A DNA stretch of 54,461 nucleotides, the filler included, from Sphacelaria rigidula (taxonomy: Eukaryota): NCBI GenBank assembly GCA_964200075.2. It is 5 parts of 5 records of this genome, joined end to end, with 100 filler letters (N's around TTAATTAATTAA, not from the genome) between each part and the next. Parts side by side here need not be neighbours in the genome. Positions count along the whole stretch, not along the records: positions 43,651 to 54,461 come from CAXNAA020005869.1; 4 more parts are not named here. The stretch is one strand, 5' to 3'. The position numbers and the translations under genes are program-made. Shown piece by piece: positions 52,350 through 54,461 of this stretch; position 1 is the stretch's first letter, and the number at the start of each line of letters is the position of its first letter. Under the pieces are notes generated by a model, which was given only the letters and a program-made list of their open reading frames with translations, did not search any database and was not told where the DNA came from.

Positions 52350-53700
52350 CGATGCCAATGTATCTGTACGTGGATTCGAAAAACGTGAACTGGGCACTTG
52401 GCCAGCGCCACAAATGTGACGGAAGATATCATCGCGGCACGAAAGGCAGACACGAGGGAGTTTCGACACCGTGTCATATTTCTTGTTCTGTGGCGTAATC
52501 ATTATTCGTCCTTCGACGACTCTTGCACGGTCAGGACAAATCATCACGTCACCAGTCACCAAGTCCACGTATCGTGGGCCTGATTGCTCAAAATAAAAGA
52601 CTCAACGGTGGTCCAAGGGGCATCGTCAAACTGAATACTTTTCGGACGGGATAATACGTGGTTCGACGCTTGGAATTTTGCAAAATTGTTTCACATCATG
52701 GACTCATGTGTCGACCGAAGAGGGCTAAACGTTTTTGATATATATCTAAGCAGTATCTCAGCGGACGAGAAAATGCTAACATGGACCTTTCCTGCAGGAC
52801 GGAGAGGTGATGAATACCCTCCCCTTCCCCCAACTCGTTTAATGTCTCCAGATATGGCGCATACAAGTTTGCTAATCATTTTGTGGCATTTTGTGATTCA
52901 TTGGTAACAGGCGATTTCATTGGGTTCTCGCTCGCCACCGCTGATCACACTAAGGATACGAAGAAAATGGTATCTACACCTTAATGTGTAGACAACAACA
53001 ACACCACATTCCAATAAAGAAAAATGTTCTCGGTAGTGAGGGACGCATCGGCAGACCGGCAAGGGGGAGGTTATGGCACCTTCCAGCCCGAATTCATATT
53101 GGATCAATCGACGTTGTCTCCCATCGTATTTGTGGAAAAATTTACAGTTTTTTATTTTTCACTTCTCCCACCTATTGCACTAGGGCCCAAGAACTGTGTT
53201 TCACGTTCAATAACACCCTCCTGCGCAACGGGGTATATACGTGTATCCCCTGATCACACCATCTAATACTGACTTGAGCACTGTTTCGAAAATGATCTGT
53301 TACAGGTCCAAAATCTACCGACGCTGGCACTTGCCACTTCTATCGAACAGTTATACGCGAGGAGCACTCGACAACACTCCTGAGTAGTCATAGACCGTCC
53401 ACAAGTGCACTAAATGCAATATATTACGAGCAGAGGCACTAGATGCCGTAAATCTGGATAGCTGGGGTGTCTTTTTTTCTAAGAGCTCTGTTATGACGGT
53501 TAATGAGGAGAACAGCCATTAAAGTGGAGCAATGCTACGGTAAGGGTATACGTTTTTCGCGGAATATTGTCTACTGTAGTTCAGGGTCTCGTAACGATTC
53601 TGGATGCACACGATTATATGGGTGAAAGCATCCCCATTTGCAAATTCATTCGAGATATTCCCAGCACATTGCCGCAGTAATCATGGCGCACCTGTATATT
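52350..53700 (+). mobile_element. Decayed piggyBac-like transposase
   Basis: Frameshifted fragments in piggyBac order: 'ADTREFRHRVIFLVLW..SSFDD', 'KLFHIMDSCVD..SSISADEKML..AGR' (first catalytic Asp region, ~52765), 'YKFANHFVAFCDSLVTGDFIGF', 'DLSTV', 'ALDAVNLD'. Confidence 0.55.
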
Positions 53701-53917
53701 TTCTCACAAGGGGTGTTTTCTATGATATCAAGGGCTCCTAACAATTCTAACCTAAAAAATATTTGTGTACCGCTACCGACATAGCTTTCGTGAGAGTGAG
53801 AATCTACAATACGATTGAAAGTAGGCTTTTGACGGCTTTCAGCCGCGGGGAGTGTCTGCATCATCAATGGACAAAACGCTTACCTCGCACATTGGTGCAA
53901 AATTCTGCCGACCAATC

Positions 53918-54461
53918 TAACTGTTTTCGTGAAATCAAGAGTCAAAAGTACGATTGAGAGTGAGGTTTTATTCAAAACATGTCTCGCTGCGCCGGTTCCG
54001 ATGATGAGACGAAAAGTTTACATGTGTAGCATGTTCGAACATTCCTGCCGCCCGTTGCCTGAATGGAATGGCAGAATAATGTTGGACAATGTTGCGCGCT
54101 GGCCCACAGGCGCGCATTTGTGGAAGAATGCATCGTTCAAGAGTTCTCCAGAGTAGTGAGCCGTGCGGTTCGAGTTTAAGATATGATTTAGCCAGGTTAT
54201 GCCCGAATTCATGCGCAATTGCGGTTGATTCCACCATTCGTCGTGTGGACTTGGGTCTCGTGGATATCTTGAAATCACGTTTCTGTTGAAAACCTTCGCC
54301 GCAGTTTCCGTCGTTGTTTTTGAAAGCGCAAGTCATCGCGTGTGATATGACTGCTGATATCCCGCCTTTTCGTGCCGAGAAAAGTCGCGAAACGTGGTGG
54401 GACCCTGGATTTTCTGTTCCATCATCTCACCCTCGATGGCAGCGGATCATAACAAATTCTC
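53918..54461 (-). mobile_element. 3' end of a decayed hAT element: dimerisation-domain relic plus terminal repeat
   Basis: Minus strand 'DPSPHDEWWNQ' then frameshifted 'NLAKSYLKL...TLERC' (cf. hAT WW..LA..YL.IPA.S..ER.FS). It ends at ctgttttcgtgaaatcaagagtcaaaagtacgattgagagtg, which matches the TIR of the 9906 and 16966 MITEs. Confidence 0.6.

Overview
Eukaryotic, intron-rich, transposon-rich DNA, most likely a brown alga or related stramenopile. This is an inference from the GAPDH signature, a POMP/adhesin-like exon, TTAGGG-type repeats and intron style. The window is not one locus: four identical 100-nt N/TTAATTAATTAA spacers join five segments of 10814, 10813, 10812, 10811 and 10811 bp, i.e. 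size-sorted concatenated contigs. Genes: a complete 8-exon cytosolic-type GAPDH (45541-51625, +); a 3'-truncated B-box + DUF2009/UPF0652 gene (27995-22068, -); a Tweety/prominin-like membrane protein gene with apparent nonsense codons (2567-7305, +); the first exon of a secreted POMP/adhesin-like protein (39888-40370, +); and two poorly resolved hypothetical genes. Mobile DNA includes a Ty3/Gypsy-like gag-protease relic, hAT and piggyBac transposase relics with candidate MITE families, nested TIR elements, a tRNA-derived SINE and a TTAGGG-bearing cassette. The top finding is a decayed Fanzor2/IS607-TnpB-like (RNA-guided nuclease family) ORF inside the 3-kb second intron of GAPDH. All protein-family calls come from motif recognition by eye; no searches were run.
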